Shown here one piece after another: positions 29,601 to 44,400 of a DNA stretch of 64,000 nt. The stretch's first letter is position 1; each line of letters starts with the position of its first letter. The DNA is from Eledone cirrhosa (Eukaryota), in contig OZ024744.1 in NCBI GenBank assembly GCA_964016885.1, positions 21,762,001-21,826,000 of the forward strand, in the 5' to 3' direction. The position numbers and the translations under genes are program-made. The notes beneath the pieces are model-generated. The model searched no databases. It saw only the letters and a list, made by a program, of their open reading frames with translations, and was not told the DNA's origin.

Positions 29601-32600
29601 ACAGCTATGACATCTTCAGACAGTTAGAAGAGGTGACAGGAACAACAGCTATGACATCTTCAGACAGTTAGAAGAGGTGACAGCCGCAACAGCTATGACA
29701 TCTTTAGACAGTTAGAAGAGGTTACAGGAACAACAGCTATGACATCTTCAGAAAGTAGAGGTGACAGGCACAACAGCTATGACATCTACAGACAGAAGAG
29801 GTGACAGCCACAACAGCTATGGCATATTCAGACAGTTAGAAGAGGTGACAGCCACAACAGCTATGACATCTTCAGACAGTTATAAGATGTGACAGGCACA
29901 TCAGCTATGACATCTACAGACAGAAGAGGTGACAGCCACAACAGCTATGACATCTTCAGACAATTAGAAGAGGTGACAGCAACAACAGCTATGACATCTT
30001 CAGACAGTTAGAAGAGGTGACAGCCACAACAGCTATGACATCTTCAGAAGTTAGAAGAGGTAACAGGCACAACAGCTATGACATCTTCAGACAGTTAGAA
30101 GAGGTGACAGCAACAACAGCTATGGCATCTTCAGACAGTTAGAAGAGGTGACAGGCACAACAGCTATGACATCTTCAGACAGTTAGAAGAGCTGACAGGC
30201 ACAACAGCTATGACATCTTTAGACAGTTAGAAGAGGTGACAGCCACAACAGCTATGACATATTCAGACAGTTAGAAGAGGTGACGGCAACAACAGCTATG
30301 AGATCTTCAGACAGAAGAGGTGACAGCCACAACAGCTATGACATCTTCAGAGAGAAGAGGTGACAGGCACAACAGCTATGACATCTACAGACAGAAGAGG
30401 TGACAGCCACAACAGCTATGACATAATCAGACAGTTAGAAGAGGTGACAGCCACAACTGCTATGACATCTTCAGACAGTTATAAGATGTGACAGCCACAA
30501 CAGCTATGACATATTCAGACAGAAGAGGTGACATGCACAACAGCTATGACATCTTCAGACAGTTAGAAGAGGTAACAGCAACAACAGCTATGACATCTTC
30601 AGACAGTTAGAAGAGGTGACAGGCACAACAGCTATGACATCTTTAGACAGTTAGAAGAGGTGACAGCCACCACAGCTATGAGATATTCAGACAGTTAGAA
30701 GAGGTGACAGGCACAACAGCTATGACATCTTCAGACAGTTAGAAGAGGTGACAGCCGCAACAGCTATGACATCTTTAGAAAGTTAGAAGAGGTTACAGGA
30801 ACAACAGCTATGACATCTTCAGAAAGAAGAGGTGACAGGCACAACAGCTATGACATCTACAGACAGAAGAGGTGACAGCCACAACAGCTATGGCATATTC
30901 AGACAGTTAGAAGAGGTGACTGCCACAACAGCTATGACATCTTCAGACAGTTATAAGATGTGACAGCCACAACAGCTATGTCATATTCAGACAGAAGAGG
31001 TGAGAGGCACATCAGCTATGACATCTTCAGACAGAAGAGGTGACAGCCACAACAACTATGACATCTTCAGACAGTTAGAAGAGCTGACAGGCACAACAGC
31101 TATGACATCTTTAGACAGTTAGAAGAGGTGACAGGCACAACAGCTATGACATCTTCAGACTGTTAGAAGAGGTGACGGCAACAACAGCTATGAGATCTTC
31201 AGACAGAAGAGGTGACAGCCACAACAGCTATGACATCTTCAGAGAGAAGTGGTGACAGGCCCAACAGCTATGACATCTACAGACAGAAGAGGTGACAGAC
31301 ACAACAGCTATGACATATTCAGACAGTTATAAGATGTGACAGCCACAACAGCTATGACATATTCAAACAGAAGAGGTGACAGCCACAACAGCTATGACAT
31401 ATTCAGACAGTTAGAAGAGGTAACAGCATCAACAGCTATGACATCTTCAGACAGTTAGAAGAGGTGACAGGCACAACAGCTATGACATCTTTAGACAGTT
31501 GGAAGAGGTGACAGCCACAACAGCTATGACATCTTCAGACAGTTAGAAGAGGTGACAGGAACAACAGTTATGACGTCTTTAGACAGTTAGAAGAGGTGAC
31601 AGGCACAACAGCTATGTCATCTTCAGACAGTTAGAAGAGGTGACAGGCACAACAGCTATGACATCTTCAGACAGTTAGAAGAGGTGACAGCAACAACAGC
31701 TATGACATATTCAGACAGAAGAGGTGACAGGCACAACAGCTATGACATCTTCAGACAGTTAGAAGAGGTGACGGCAACCACAGCTATGAGATCTTCAGAC
31801 TGAAGAGGTGACAGACACAACAGCTATGACATCTTCAGACAGAAGAGGTGACATGCACAACAGCTATGACATCTTCAGACAGTTAGAAGAGGTAACAGCA
31901 ACAACAGCCATGACATCTTCAGACAGTTAGAAGAGGTGACAGGCACAACAGCTATGACATCTTTAGACAGTTAGAAGAGGTGACAGCCACCACAGCTATG
32001 AGATATTCAGACAGTTAGAAGAGGTGACAGGCACAACAGCTATGACATCTTCAGACAGTTAGAAGAGGTGACAGCCGCAACAGCTATGACATCTTTAGAC
32101 AGTTAGAAGAGGTTACAGGAACAACAGCTATGACATCTTCAGAAAGAAGAGGTGACAGGCACAACAGCTATGACATCTACAGACAGAAGAGGTGACAGCC
32201 ACAACAGCTATGGCATATTCAGACAGTTAGAAGAGGTGACTGCCACAACAGCTATGACATCTTCAGACAGTTATAAGATGTGACAGCCACAACAGCTATG
32301 TCATATTCAGACAGAAGAGGTGAGAGGCACATCAGCTATGACATCTACAGACAGAAGAGGTGACAGCCACAACAGCTATGACATCTTCAGACAATTAGAA
32401 GAGGTGACAGGCACAACAGCTATGACATCTACAGACAGAAGAGGTGACAGCCACAACAGCTATGACATATTCAGACAGTTAGAAGAGGTGACAGACACAA
32501 CAGCTATGACATATTCAGACAGAAGAGGTGACATGCACAACAGCTATGACATCTTCAGACAGTTAGAAGAGGTAACAGCAACAACAGCTATGACATCTTC

Positions 32601-35600
32601 AGACAGTTAGAAGAGGTGACAGGCACAACAGCTATGACATCTTCAGACAGTTAGAAGAGGCGACAGGAACAACAGCTATGACGTCTCACAGACAGTTAGA
32701 AGAGGTGACAGGCACAACAGCTATGTCATCTTCAGACAGTTAGAAGAGGTGACAGCAACAACAGCTATGACATCTTTAGACAGTTAGAAGCGGTGACAGC
32801 CACAACAGCTATGACATATTCAGACAGTTAGAAGAGGTGACGGCAACCACAGCTATGAGATCTTCAGACTGAAGAGGTGGCAGCCACAACAGCTGTGACA
32901 TCTTCAGACAAAAGAGGTGACAGGCACAACAGCTATGAGATCTTCAGACAGAAGAGGTGACAGCCACAACAGCTATGACATCTTCAGACAGAAGAGGTGA
33001 CAGGCACAACAGCTATGACATATTCAGACAGTTAGAAAAGGTAACAGCAACAACAGCTATGACATCTTCAGACAGTTAGAAGAGGTGACAGGCACAACAG
33101 CTATGACATCTTTAGACAGTTGGAAGAGGTGACAGCCACAACAGCTATGACATCTCCAGACAGTTAGAAGAGGTGACAGCCACAACAGCTATGACATCTT
33201 CAGACAGAAGAGGTGACAGGCACAACAGCTATGACATCTTCAGACAGTTAGAAGAGGTAACAGCAACAACAGCTATGACATCTTCAGACAGTTAGAAGAG
33301 GTGACAGGCACAACAGCTGTGACATCTGTAGACAGTTGGAAGAGGTGACAGCCACAACAGCTATGACATCTTCAGACAGTTAGAAGAGGTGACAGCCACA
33401 ACAGCTATGACATCTTCAGACAGTTAGAAGAGGTGACAGGAACAACAGCTATGACATCTTCAGACAGTTAGAAGAGGTGACAGCCGCAACAGCTATGACA
33501 TCTTTAGACAGTTAGAAGAGGTTACAGGAACAACAGCTATGACATCTTCAGAAAGAAGAGGTGACAGGCACAACAGCTATGACATCTACAGACAGAAGAG
33601 GTGACAGCCACAACAGCTATGGCATATTCAGACAGTTAGAAGAGGTGACAGCCACAACAGCTATGACATCTTCAGACAGTTATAAGATGTGACAGGCACA
33701 TCAGCTATGACATCTTCAGAAGTTAGAAGAGGTAACAGGCACAACAGCTATGACATCTTCAGACAGTTAGAAGAGGTGATAGCCACAACAGCTATGGCAT
33801 CTTCAGACAGTTAGAAGAGGTGACAGCAACAACAGCTATGACATCTTCAGACAGAAGAGGTGACAGCCACAACAACTATGACATCTTCAGACATTTAGAA
33901 GAGCTGACAGGCACAACAGCTATGACATCTTTAGACAGTTAGAAGAGGTGACAGCCACAACAGCTATGACATATTCAGACAGTTAGAAGAGGTGACGGCA
34001 ACAACAGCTATGAGATCTTCAGACAGAAGAGGTGACAGCCACAACAGCTATGACATCTTCAGAGAGAAGAGGTGACAGGCACAACAGCTATGACATCTAC
34101 AGACAGAAGAGGTGACAGCCACAACAGCTATGACATATTCAGACAGTTAGAAGAGGTGACAGCCACAACTGCTATGACATCTTCAGACAGTTATAAGATG
34201 TGACAGCCACAACAGCTATGACATATTCAGACAGAAGATTTGACATGCACAACAGCTATGACATCTTCAGACAGTTAGAAGAGGTAACAGCAACAACAGC
34301 TATGACATCTTCAGACAGTTAGAAGAGGTGACAGGCACAACAGCTATGACATATTTAGACAGTTGGAAGAGGTGACAGCCACAACAGCTATGACATCTCC
34401 AGACAGTTAGAAGAGGTGACAGCCACAACAGCTATGACATCTTCAGACAGAAGAGGTGACATGCACAACAGCTATGACATCTTCAGACAGTTAGAAGAAG
34501 TAACAGCAACAACAGCTATGACATCTTCAGACAGTTAGAAGAGGTGACAGACACAACAGCTGTGACATCTGTAGACAGTTGGAAGAGGTGACAGCCACAA
34601 CAGCTATGACATCTTCAGACAGTTAGAAGAGGTGACAGCCACAACAGCTATGACATCTTCAGACAGTTAGAAGAGGTGACAGCCACAACAGCTATGACAT
34701 CTTCAGACAGTTAGAAGAGGTGACAGGAACAACAGCTATGACATCTTCAGACAGTTAGAAGAGGTGACAGCCGCAACAGCTATGACATCTTTAGACAGTT
34801 AGAAGAGGTTACAGGAACAACAGCTATGACATCTTCAGAAAGAAGAGGTGACAGGCACAACAGCTATGACATCTACAGACAGAAGAGGTGACAGCCACAA
34901 CAGCTATGACATATTCAGACAGTTAGAAGAGGTGACAGCCACAACAGCTATGACATCTTCAGACAGTTATAAGATGTGACAGGCACATCAGCTATGACAT
35001 CTACAGACAGAAGAGGTGACAGCCACAACAGCTATGACATCTTCAGACAATTAGAAGAGGTGATAGCAACAACAGCTATGACATCTTCAGACAGTTAGAA
35101 GAGGTGACAGCAACAACAGATATGACATCTTCAGACAGAAGAGGTGACAGCCACAACAACTATGACATCTTCAGACAGTGAGAAGAGCTGACAGGCACAA
35201 CAGCTATGACATCTTTAGACAGTTAGAAGAGGTGACAGCCACAACAGCTATGACATATTCAGACAGTTAGAAGAGGTGACGGCAACAACAGCTATGAGAT
35301 CTTCAGACAGAAGAGGTGACAGCCACAACAGCTATGACATCTTCAGAGAGAAGAGGTGACAGGCACAACAGCTATGACATCTACAGACAGAAGAGGTGAC
35401 AGCCACAACAGCTATGACATATTCAGACAGAAGAGGTGACATGCACAACAGCTATGACATCTTCAGACAGTTAGAAGAGGTAACAGCAACAACAGCTATG
35501 ACATCTTCAGACAGTTAGAAGAGGTGACAGGCACAACAGCTATGACATCTTCAGACAGTTAGAAGAGGTGACAGCCGCAACAGCTATGACATCTTTAGAC

Positions 35601-35899
35601 AGTTAGAAGAGGTTACAGGAACAACAGCTATGACATCTTCAGAAAGAAGAGGTGACAGGCACAACAGCTATGACATCTTCAGACAGAAGAGGTGACAGGC
35701 ACAACAGCTATGACATCTTCAGACAGTTAGAAGAGGTAACAGCAACAACAGCTATGACATCTTCAGACAGTTAGAAGAGGTGACAGGCACAACAGCTGTG
35801 ACATCTGTAGACAGTTGGAAGAGGTGACAGCCACAACAGCTATGACATCTTCAGACAGTTAGAAGAGGTGACAGCCACAACAGCTATGACATCTTCAGA

Positions 35900-38800
35900 C
35901 AGTTAGAAGAGGTGACAGGAACAACAGCTATGACATCTTCAGACAGTTAGAAGAGGTGACAGCCGCAACAGCTATGACATCTTTAGACAGTTAGAAGAGG
36001 TTACAGGAACAACAGCTATGACATCTTCAGAAAGTAGAGGTGACAGGCACAACAGCTATGACATCTACAGACAGAAGAGGTGACAGCCACAACAGCTATG
36101 GCATATTCAGACAGTTAGAAGAGGTGACAGCCACAACAGCTATGACATCTTCAGACAGTTATAAGATGTGACAGGCACATCAGCTATGACATCTACAGAC
36201 AGAAGAGGTGACAGCCACAACAGCTATGACATCTTCAGACAATTAGAAGAGGTGACAGCAACAACAGCTATGACATCTTCAGACAGTTAGAAGAGGTGAC
36301 AGCCACAACAGCTATGACATCTTCAGAAGTTAGAAGAGGTAACAGGCACAACAGCTATGACATCTTCAGACAGTTAGAAGAGGTGACAGCAACAACAGCT
36401 ATGACATCTTCAGACAGTTAGAAGAGGTGACAGGCACAACAGCTATGACATCTTTAGACAGTTGGAAGAGGTGACAGCCACAACAGCTATGACATCTCCA
36501 GACAGTTAGAAGAGGTGACAGCCACAACAGCTATGACATCTTCAGACAGAAGAGGTGACAGGCACAACAGCTATGACATCTTCAGACAGTTAGAAGAGGT
36601 AACAGCAACAACAGCTATGACATCTTCAGACAGTTAGAAGAGGTGACAGGCACAACAGCTGTGACATCTGTAGACAGTTGGAAGAGGTGACAGCCACAAC
36701 AGCTATGACATCTTCAGACAGTTAGAAGAGGTGACAGCCACAACAGCTATGACATCTTCAGACAGTTAGAAGAGGTGACAGGAACAACAGCTATGACATC
36801 TTCAGACAGTTAGAAGAGGTGACAGCCGCAACAGCTATGACATCTTTAGACAGTTAGAAGAGGTTACAGGAACAACAGCTATGACATCTTCAGAAAGAAG
36901 AGGTGACAGGCACAACAGCTATGACATCTACAGACAGAAGAGGTGACAGCCACAACAGCTATGGCATATTCAGACAGTTAGAAGAGGTGACAGCCACAAC
37001 AGCTATGACATCTTCAGACAGTTATAAGATGTGACAGGCACATCAGCTATGACATCTTCAGACAGTTAGAAGAGGTGACAGGAACAACAGCTATGACATC
37101 TTCAGACAGTTAGAAGAGGTGACAGCCGCAACAGCTATGACATCTTTAGACAGTTAGAAGAGGTTACAGGAACAACAGCTATGACATCTTCAGAAAGAAG
37201 AGGTGACAGGCACAACAGCTATGACATCTACAGACAGAAGAGGTGACAGCCACAACAGCTATGGCATATTCAGACAGTTAGAAGAGGTGACAGCCACAAC
37301 AGCTATGACATCTTCAGACAGTTATAAGATGTGACAGGCACATCAGCTATGACATCTTCAGAAGTTAGAAGAGGTAACAGGCACAACAGCTATGACATCT
37401 TCAGACAGTTAGAAGAGGTGACAGCAACAACAGCTATGACATCTTCAGACAGAAGAGGTGACAGCCACAACAACTATGACATCTTCAGACATTTAGAAGA
37501 GCTGACAGGCACAACAGCTATGACATCTTTAGACAGTTAGAAGAGGTGACAGCCACAACAGCTATGACATATTCAGACAGTTAGAAGAGGTGACGGCAAC
37601 AACAGCTATGAGATCTTCAGACAGAAGAGGTGACAGCCACAACAGCTATGACATCTTCAGAGAGAAGAGGTGACAGGCACAACAGCTATGACATCTACAG
37701 ACAGAAGAGGTGACAGCCACAACAGCTATGACATATTCAGACAGTTAGAAGAGGTGACAGCCACAACTGCTATGACATCTTCAGACAGTTATAAGATGTG
37801 ACAGCCACAACAGCTATGACATATTCAGACAGAAGAGGTGACATGCACAACAGCTATGACATCTTCAGACAGTTAGAAGAGGTAACAGCAACAACAGCTA
37901 TGACATCTTCAGACAGTTAGAAGAGGTGACAGGCACAACAGCTATGACATATTTAGACAGTTGGAAGAGGTGACAGCCACAACAGCTATGACATCTCCAG
38001 ACAGTTAGAAGAGGTGACAGCCACAACAGCTATGACATCTTCAGACAGAAGAGGTGACATGCACAACAGCTATGACATCTTCAGACAGTTAGAAGAAGTA
38101 ACAGCAACAACAGCTATGACATCTTCAGACAGTTAGAAGAGGTGACAGACACAACAGCTATGACATCTTCAGACAGTTAGAAGAGGTGACAGGCACAACA
38201 GCTGTGACATCTGTAGACAGTTGGAAGAGGTGACAGCCACAACAGCTATGACATCTTCAGACAGTTAGAAGAGGTGACAGCCACAACAGCTATGACATCT
38301 TCAGACAGTTAGAAGAGGTGACAGGAACAACAGCTATGACATCTTCAGACAGTTAGAAGAGGTGACAGCCGCAACAGCTATGACATCTTTAGACAGTTAG
38401 AAGAGGTTACAGGAACAACAGCTATGACATCTTCAGAAAGTAGAGGTGACAGGCACAACAGCTATGACATCTACAGACAGAAGAGGTGACAGCCACAACA
38501 GCTATGGCATATTCAGACAGTTAGAAGAGGTGACAGCCACAACAGCTATGACATCTTCAGACAGTTATAAGATGTGACAGGCACATCAGCTATGACATCT
38601 ACAGACAGAAGAGGTGACAGCCACAACAGCTATGACATCTTCAGACAATTAGAAGAGGTGACAGCAACAACAGCTATGACATCTTCAGACAGTTAGAAGA
38701 GGTGACAGCCACAACAGCTATGACATCTTCAGAAGTTAGAAGAGGTAACAGGCACAACAGCTATGACATCTTCAGACAGTTAGAAGAGGTGACAGCAACA

Positions 38801-40600
38801 ACAGCTATGACATCTTCAGACAGTTAGAAGAGGTGACAGGCACAACAGCTATGACATCTTTAGACAGTTGGAAGAGGTGACAGCCACAACAGCTATGACA
38901 TCTCCAGACAGTTAGAAGAGGTGACAGCCACAACAGCTATGACATCTTCAGACAGAAGAGGTGACAGGCACAACAGCTATGACATCTTCAGACAGTTAGA
39001 AGAGGTAACAGCAACAACAGCTATGACATCTTCAGACAGTTAGAAGAGGTGACAGGCACAACAGCTGTGACATCTGTAGACAGTTGGAAGAGGTGACAGC
39101 CACAACAGCTATGACATCTTCAGACAGTTAGAAGAGGTGACAGCCACAACAGCTATGACATCTTCAGACAGTTAGAAGAGGTGACAGGAACAACAGCTAT
39201 GACATCTTCAGACAGTTAGAAGAGGTGACAGCCGCAACAGCTATGACATCTTTAGACAGTTAGAAGAGGTTACAGGAACAACAGCTATGACATCTTCAGA
39301 AAGAAGAGGTGACAGGCACAACAGCTATGACATCTACAGACAGAAGAGGTGACAGCCACAACAGCTATGGCATATTCAGACAGTTAGAAGAGGTGACAGC
39401 CACAACAGCTATGACATCTTCAGACAGTTATAAGATGTGACAGGCACATCAGCTATGACATCTTCAGACAGTTAGAAGAGGTGACAGGAACAACAGCTAT
39501 GACATCTTCAGACAGTTAGAAGAGGTGACAGCCGCAACAGCTATGACATCTTTAGACAGTTAGAAGAGGTTACAGGAACAACAGCTATGACATCTTCAGA
39601 AAGAAGAGGTGACAGGCACAACAGCTATGACATCTACAGACAGAAGAGGTGACAGCCACAACAGCTATGACATCTTCAGACAGTTAGAAGAGGTGACAGC
39701 CACAACAGCTATGACATCTTCAGACAGTTATAAGATGTGACAGGCACATCAGCTATGACATCTTCAGAAGTTAGAAGAGGTAACAGGCACAACAGCTATG
39801 ACATCTTCAGACAGTTAGAAGAGGTGACAGCAACAACAGCTATGACATCTTCAGACAGAAGAGGTGACAGCCACAACAACTATGACATCTTCAGACATTT
39901 AGAAGAGCTGACAGGCACAACAGCTATGACATCTTTAGACAGTTAGAAGAGGTGACAGCCACAACAGCTATGACATATTCAGACAGTTAGAAGAGGTGAC
40001 GGCAACAACAGCTATGAGATCTTCAGACAGAAGAGGTGACAGCCACAACAGCTATGACATCTTCAGAGAGAAGAGGTGACAGGCACAACAGCTATGACAT
40101 CTACAGACAGAAGAGGTGACAGCCACAACAGCTATGACATATTCAGACAGTTAGAAGAGGTGACAGCCACAACTGCTATGACATCTTCAGACAGTTATAA
40201 GATGTGACAGCCACAACAGCTATGACATATTCAGACAGAAGAGGTGACATGCACAACAGCTATGACATCTTCAGACAGTTAGAAGAGGTAACAGCAACAA
40301 CAGCTATGACATCTTCAGACAGTTAGAAGAGGTGACAGGCACAACAGCTATGACATATTTAGACAGTTGGAAGAGGTGACAGCCACAATAGCTATGACAT
40401 CTCCAGACAGTTAGAAGAGGTGACAGCCACAACAGCTATGACATCTTCAGACAGAAGAGGTGACATGCACAACAGCTATGACATCTTCAGACAGTTAGAA
40501 GAAGTAACAGCAACAACAGCTATGACATCTTCAGACAGTTAGAAGAGGTGACAGACACAACAGCTGTGACATCTGTAGACAGTTGGAAGAGGTGACAGCC
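35900..40600 (+). repeat. About 2.4-kb tandem duplication, each copy containing an internal 300-bp (7-monomer) tandem duplication
   Basis: ORFs 37331/39737 are identical (+2406). The block from 36781 repeats at 37081 (+300), and the same pair recurs at 39187/39487. Confidence 0.85.
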
Positions 40601-41499
40601 ACAACAGCTATGACATCTTCAGACAGTTAGAAGAGGTGACAGCCACAACAGCTATGACATCTTCAGACAGTTAGAAGAGGTGACAGCCACAACAGCTATG
40701 ACATCTTCAGACAGTTAGAAGAGGTGACAGGAACAACAGCTATGACATCTTCAGACAGTTAGAAGAGGTGACAGCCGCAACAGCTATGACATCTTTAGAC
40801 AGTTAGAAGAGGTTACAGGAACAACAGCTATGACATCTTCAGAAAGAAGAGGTGACAGGCACAACAGCTATGACATCTACAGACAGAAGAGGTGACAGCC
40901 ACAACAGCTATGACATATTCAGACAGTTAGAAGAGGTGACAGCCACAACAGCTATGACATCTTCAGACAGTTATAAGATGTGACAGGCACATCAGCTATG
41001 ACATCTACAGACAGAAGAGGTGACAGCCACAACAGCTATGACATCTTCAGACAATTAGAAGAGGTGATAGCAACAACAGCTATGACATCTTCAGACAGTT
41101 AGAAGAGGTGACAGCAACAACAGCTATGACATCTTCAGACAGAAGAGGTGACAGCCACAACAACTATGACATCTTCAGACAGTGAGAAGAGCTGACAGGC
41201 ACAACAGCTATGACATCTTTAGACAGTTAGAAGAGGTGACAGCCACAACAGCTATGACATATTCAGACAGTTAGAAGAGGTGACGGCAACAACAGCTATG
41301 AGATCTTCAGACAGAAGAGGTGACAGCCACAACAGCTATGACATCTTCAGAGAGAAGAGGTGACAGGCACAACAGCTATGACATCTACAGACAGAAGAGG
41401 TGACAGCCACAACAGCTATGACATCTTCAGACAGTTAGAAGAGGTGACAGACACAACAGCTATGACATCTTCAGACAGAAGAGGTGACAGGCACAACAG

Positions 41500-44400
41500 C
41501 TATGACATCTTCAGACAGAAGAGGTGACAGGCACAACAGCTATGACATATTCAGACAGTTAGAAGAGGTAACAGCAACAACAGCTATGACATCTTCAGAC
41601 AGTTAGAAGAGATGACAGGCACAACAGCTATGACATATTTAGACAGTTGGAAGAGGTGACAGCCACAACAGCTATGACATCTCCAGACAGTTAGAAGAGG
41701 TGACAGCCACAACAGCTATGACATCTTCAGACAGAAGAGGTGACATGCACAACAGCTATGACATCTTCAGACAGTTAGAAGAGGTAACAGCAACAACAGC
41801 TATGACATCTTCAGACAGTTAGAAGAGGTGACAGACACAACAGCTGTGACATCTGTAGAGAGTTGGAAGAGGTGACAGCCACAACAGCTATGACATCTTC
41901 AGATAGTTAGAAGAGGTGACAGCCACAACAGCTATGACATCTTCAGACAGTTAGAAGAGGTGACAGGAACAACAGCTATGACATCTTCAGAGAGAAGAGG
42001 TGACAGGCACAACAGCTATGATATCTACAGACAGAAGAGGTGACAGCCACAACAGCTATGACATATTCAGACAGAAGAGGTGACAGGCACAACGGCTATG
42101 ACATCTTCAGACAGTTAGAAGAGGTGACAGCCACAACAGCTATGACATATTCAGACAGTTAGAAGAGGTGACAGGCACAACAGCTATGACATCTTTAGAC
42201 AGTTGGAAGAGGTGACAGCACCAACAGCTATGACATCTTCAGACAGTTAGAAGAGGTGACAGCCACAACAGCTATGACATCTTCAGACAGTTAGAAGAGG
42301 TGACAGGCACAACAGCTATGACGTCTTCAGGCAGTTAGAAGAGGTGACAGGCACAACAGCTATGTCATCTTCAGACAGTTAGAAGAGGTGACAGCAACAA
42401 CAGCTATGACATCTTTAGACAGTTAGAAGCGGTGACAGCCACAACAGCTATGACATATTCAGACAGTTAGAAGAGGTGACGGCAACAACAGCTATGAGAT
42501 CTTCAGACTGAAGAGGTGACAGCCACAAGAGCTATGATATCTTCAGACAAAAGAGGTGACAGGCACAACAGCTATGAGATCTTCAGACAGAAGAGGTGAC
42601 AGCCACAACAGCTATGACATCTTCAGACAGAAGAGGTGACAGGCACAACAGCTATGACATATTCAGACAGTTAGAAGAGGTGACAGCCACCACAGCTATG
42701 AGATATTCAGACAGTTAGAAGAGGTGACAGGCACAACAGCTATGACATCTTCAGACAGTTAGAAGAGGTGACATCCGCAACAGCTATGACATCTTTAGAC
42801 AGTTAGAAGAGGTTACAGGAACAACAGCTATGACATCTTCAGAAAGAAGAGGTGACAGGCACAACAGCTATGACATCTACAGACAGAAGAGGTGACAGCC
42901 ACAACAGCTATGGTATATTCAGACAGTTAGAAGAGGTGACAGCCACAACAGCTATGACATCTTCAGACAGTTATAAGATGTGACAGCCACAACAGCTATG
43001 ACATATTCAGACAGAAGAGGTGACAGGCACATCTGCTATGACATCTACAGACAGAAGAGGTGACAGCCACAACAGCTATGACATCTTCAGACAATTAGAA
43101 GAGGTGACAGCAACAACAGCTATGACATCTTCAGACAGTTAGAAGAGGTGACAGCCACAACAGCTATGACGTCTTTAGACAGTTAGAAGAGGTGACAGTA
43201 ACAACAGCTATGACATCTTCAGAAGTTAGAAGAGGTAACAGGCACAACAGCTATGACATCTTCAGATAGTTAGAAGAGGTGACAGCAACAATAGCTATGA
43301 CATCTTCAGACAGAAGAGGTGACAGCCACAACAACTATACATCTTCAGACAGTTAGAAGAGCTGACAGGCACAACAGCTATGACATCTTTAGACAGTTAG
43401 AAGAGGTGACAGCCACAACAGCTATGACATATTCAGACAGTTAGAAGAGGTGACAGGCACAACAGCTATGACATCTTCAGACAGTTAGAAGAGGTGACGG
43501 CAACAACAGCTATGAGATCTTCAGACAGAAGAGGTGACAGCCACAACAGCTATGACATCTTCAGAGAGAAGAGGTGACAGGCACAACAGCTATGACATCT
43601 ACAGACAGATGAGGTGAGAGCCACCACAGCTATGACATATTCAGACAGTTAGAAGAGGTGACAGCCACAACTGCTATGACATCTTCAGACAGTTATAAGA
43701 TGTGACAGCCACAACAGCTATGACATCTTTAGACAGTTAGAAGAGGTTACAGGAACAACAGCTATGACATCTTCAGAAAGAAGAGGTGACAGGCACAACA
43801 GCTATGACATCTACAGACAGAAGAGGTGACAGCCACAACAGCTATGGCATATTCAGACAGTTAGAAGATGTGACAGCCACAACAGCTATGACATCTTCAG
43901 ACAGTTATAAGATGTGACAGGCACATCAGCTATGACATCTACAGACAGAAGAGGTGACAGCCACAACAGCTATGACATCTTCAGACAATTAGAAGAGGTG
44001 ACAGCAACAACAGCTATGACATCTTCAGACAGTTAGAAGAGGTGACAGCCACAACAGCTATGACATCTTCAGAAGTTAGAAGAGGTAACAGGCACAACAG
44101 CTATGACATCTTCAGACAGTTAGAAGAGGTGACAGCTACAACAGCTATGTCATCTTCAGACAGAAGAGGTGACAGCCACAACAACTATGACATCTTCAGA
44201 CAGTTAGAAGAGCTGACAGGCACAACAGCTATGACATCTTTAGACAGTTAGAAGAGGTGACAGCCACAACAGCTATGACATATTCAGACAGTTAGAAGAG
44301 GTGACGGCAACAACAGCTATGACATCTTCAGACAGAAGAGGTGACAGCCACAACAGCTATGACATCTTCAGAGAGAAGAGGTGAAAGGCACAACAGCTAT

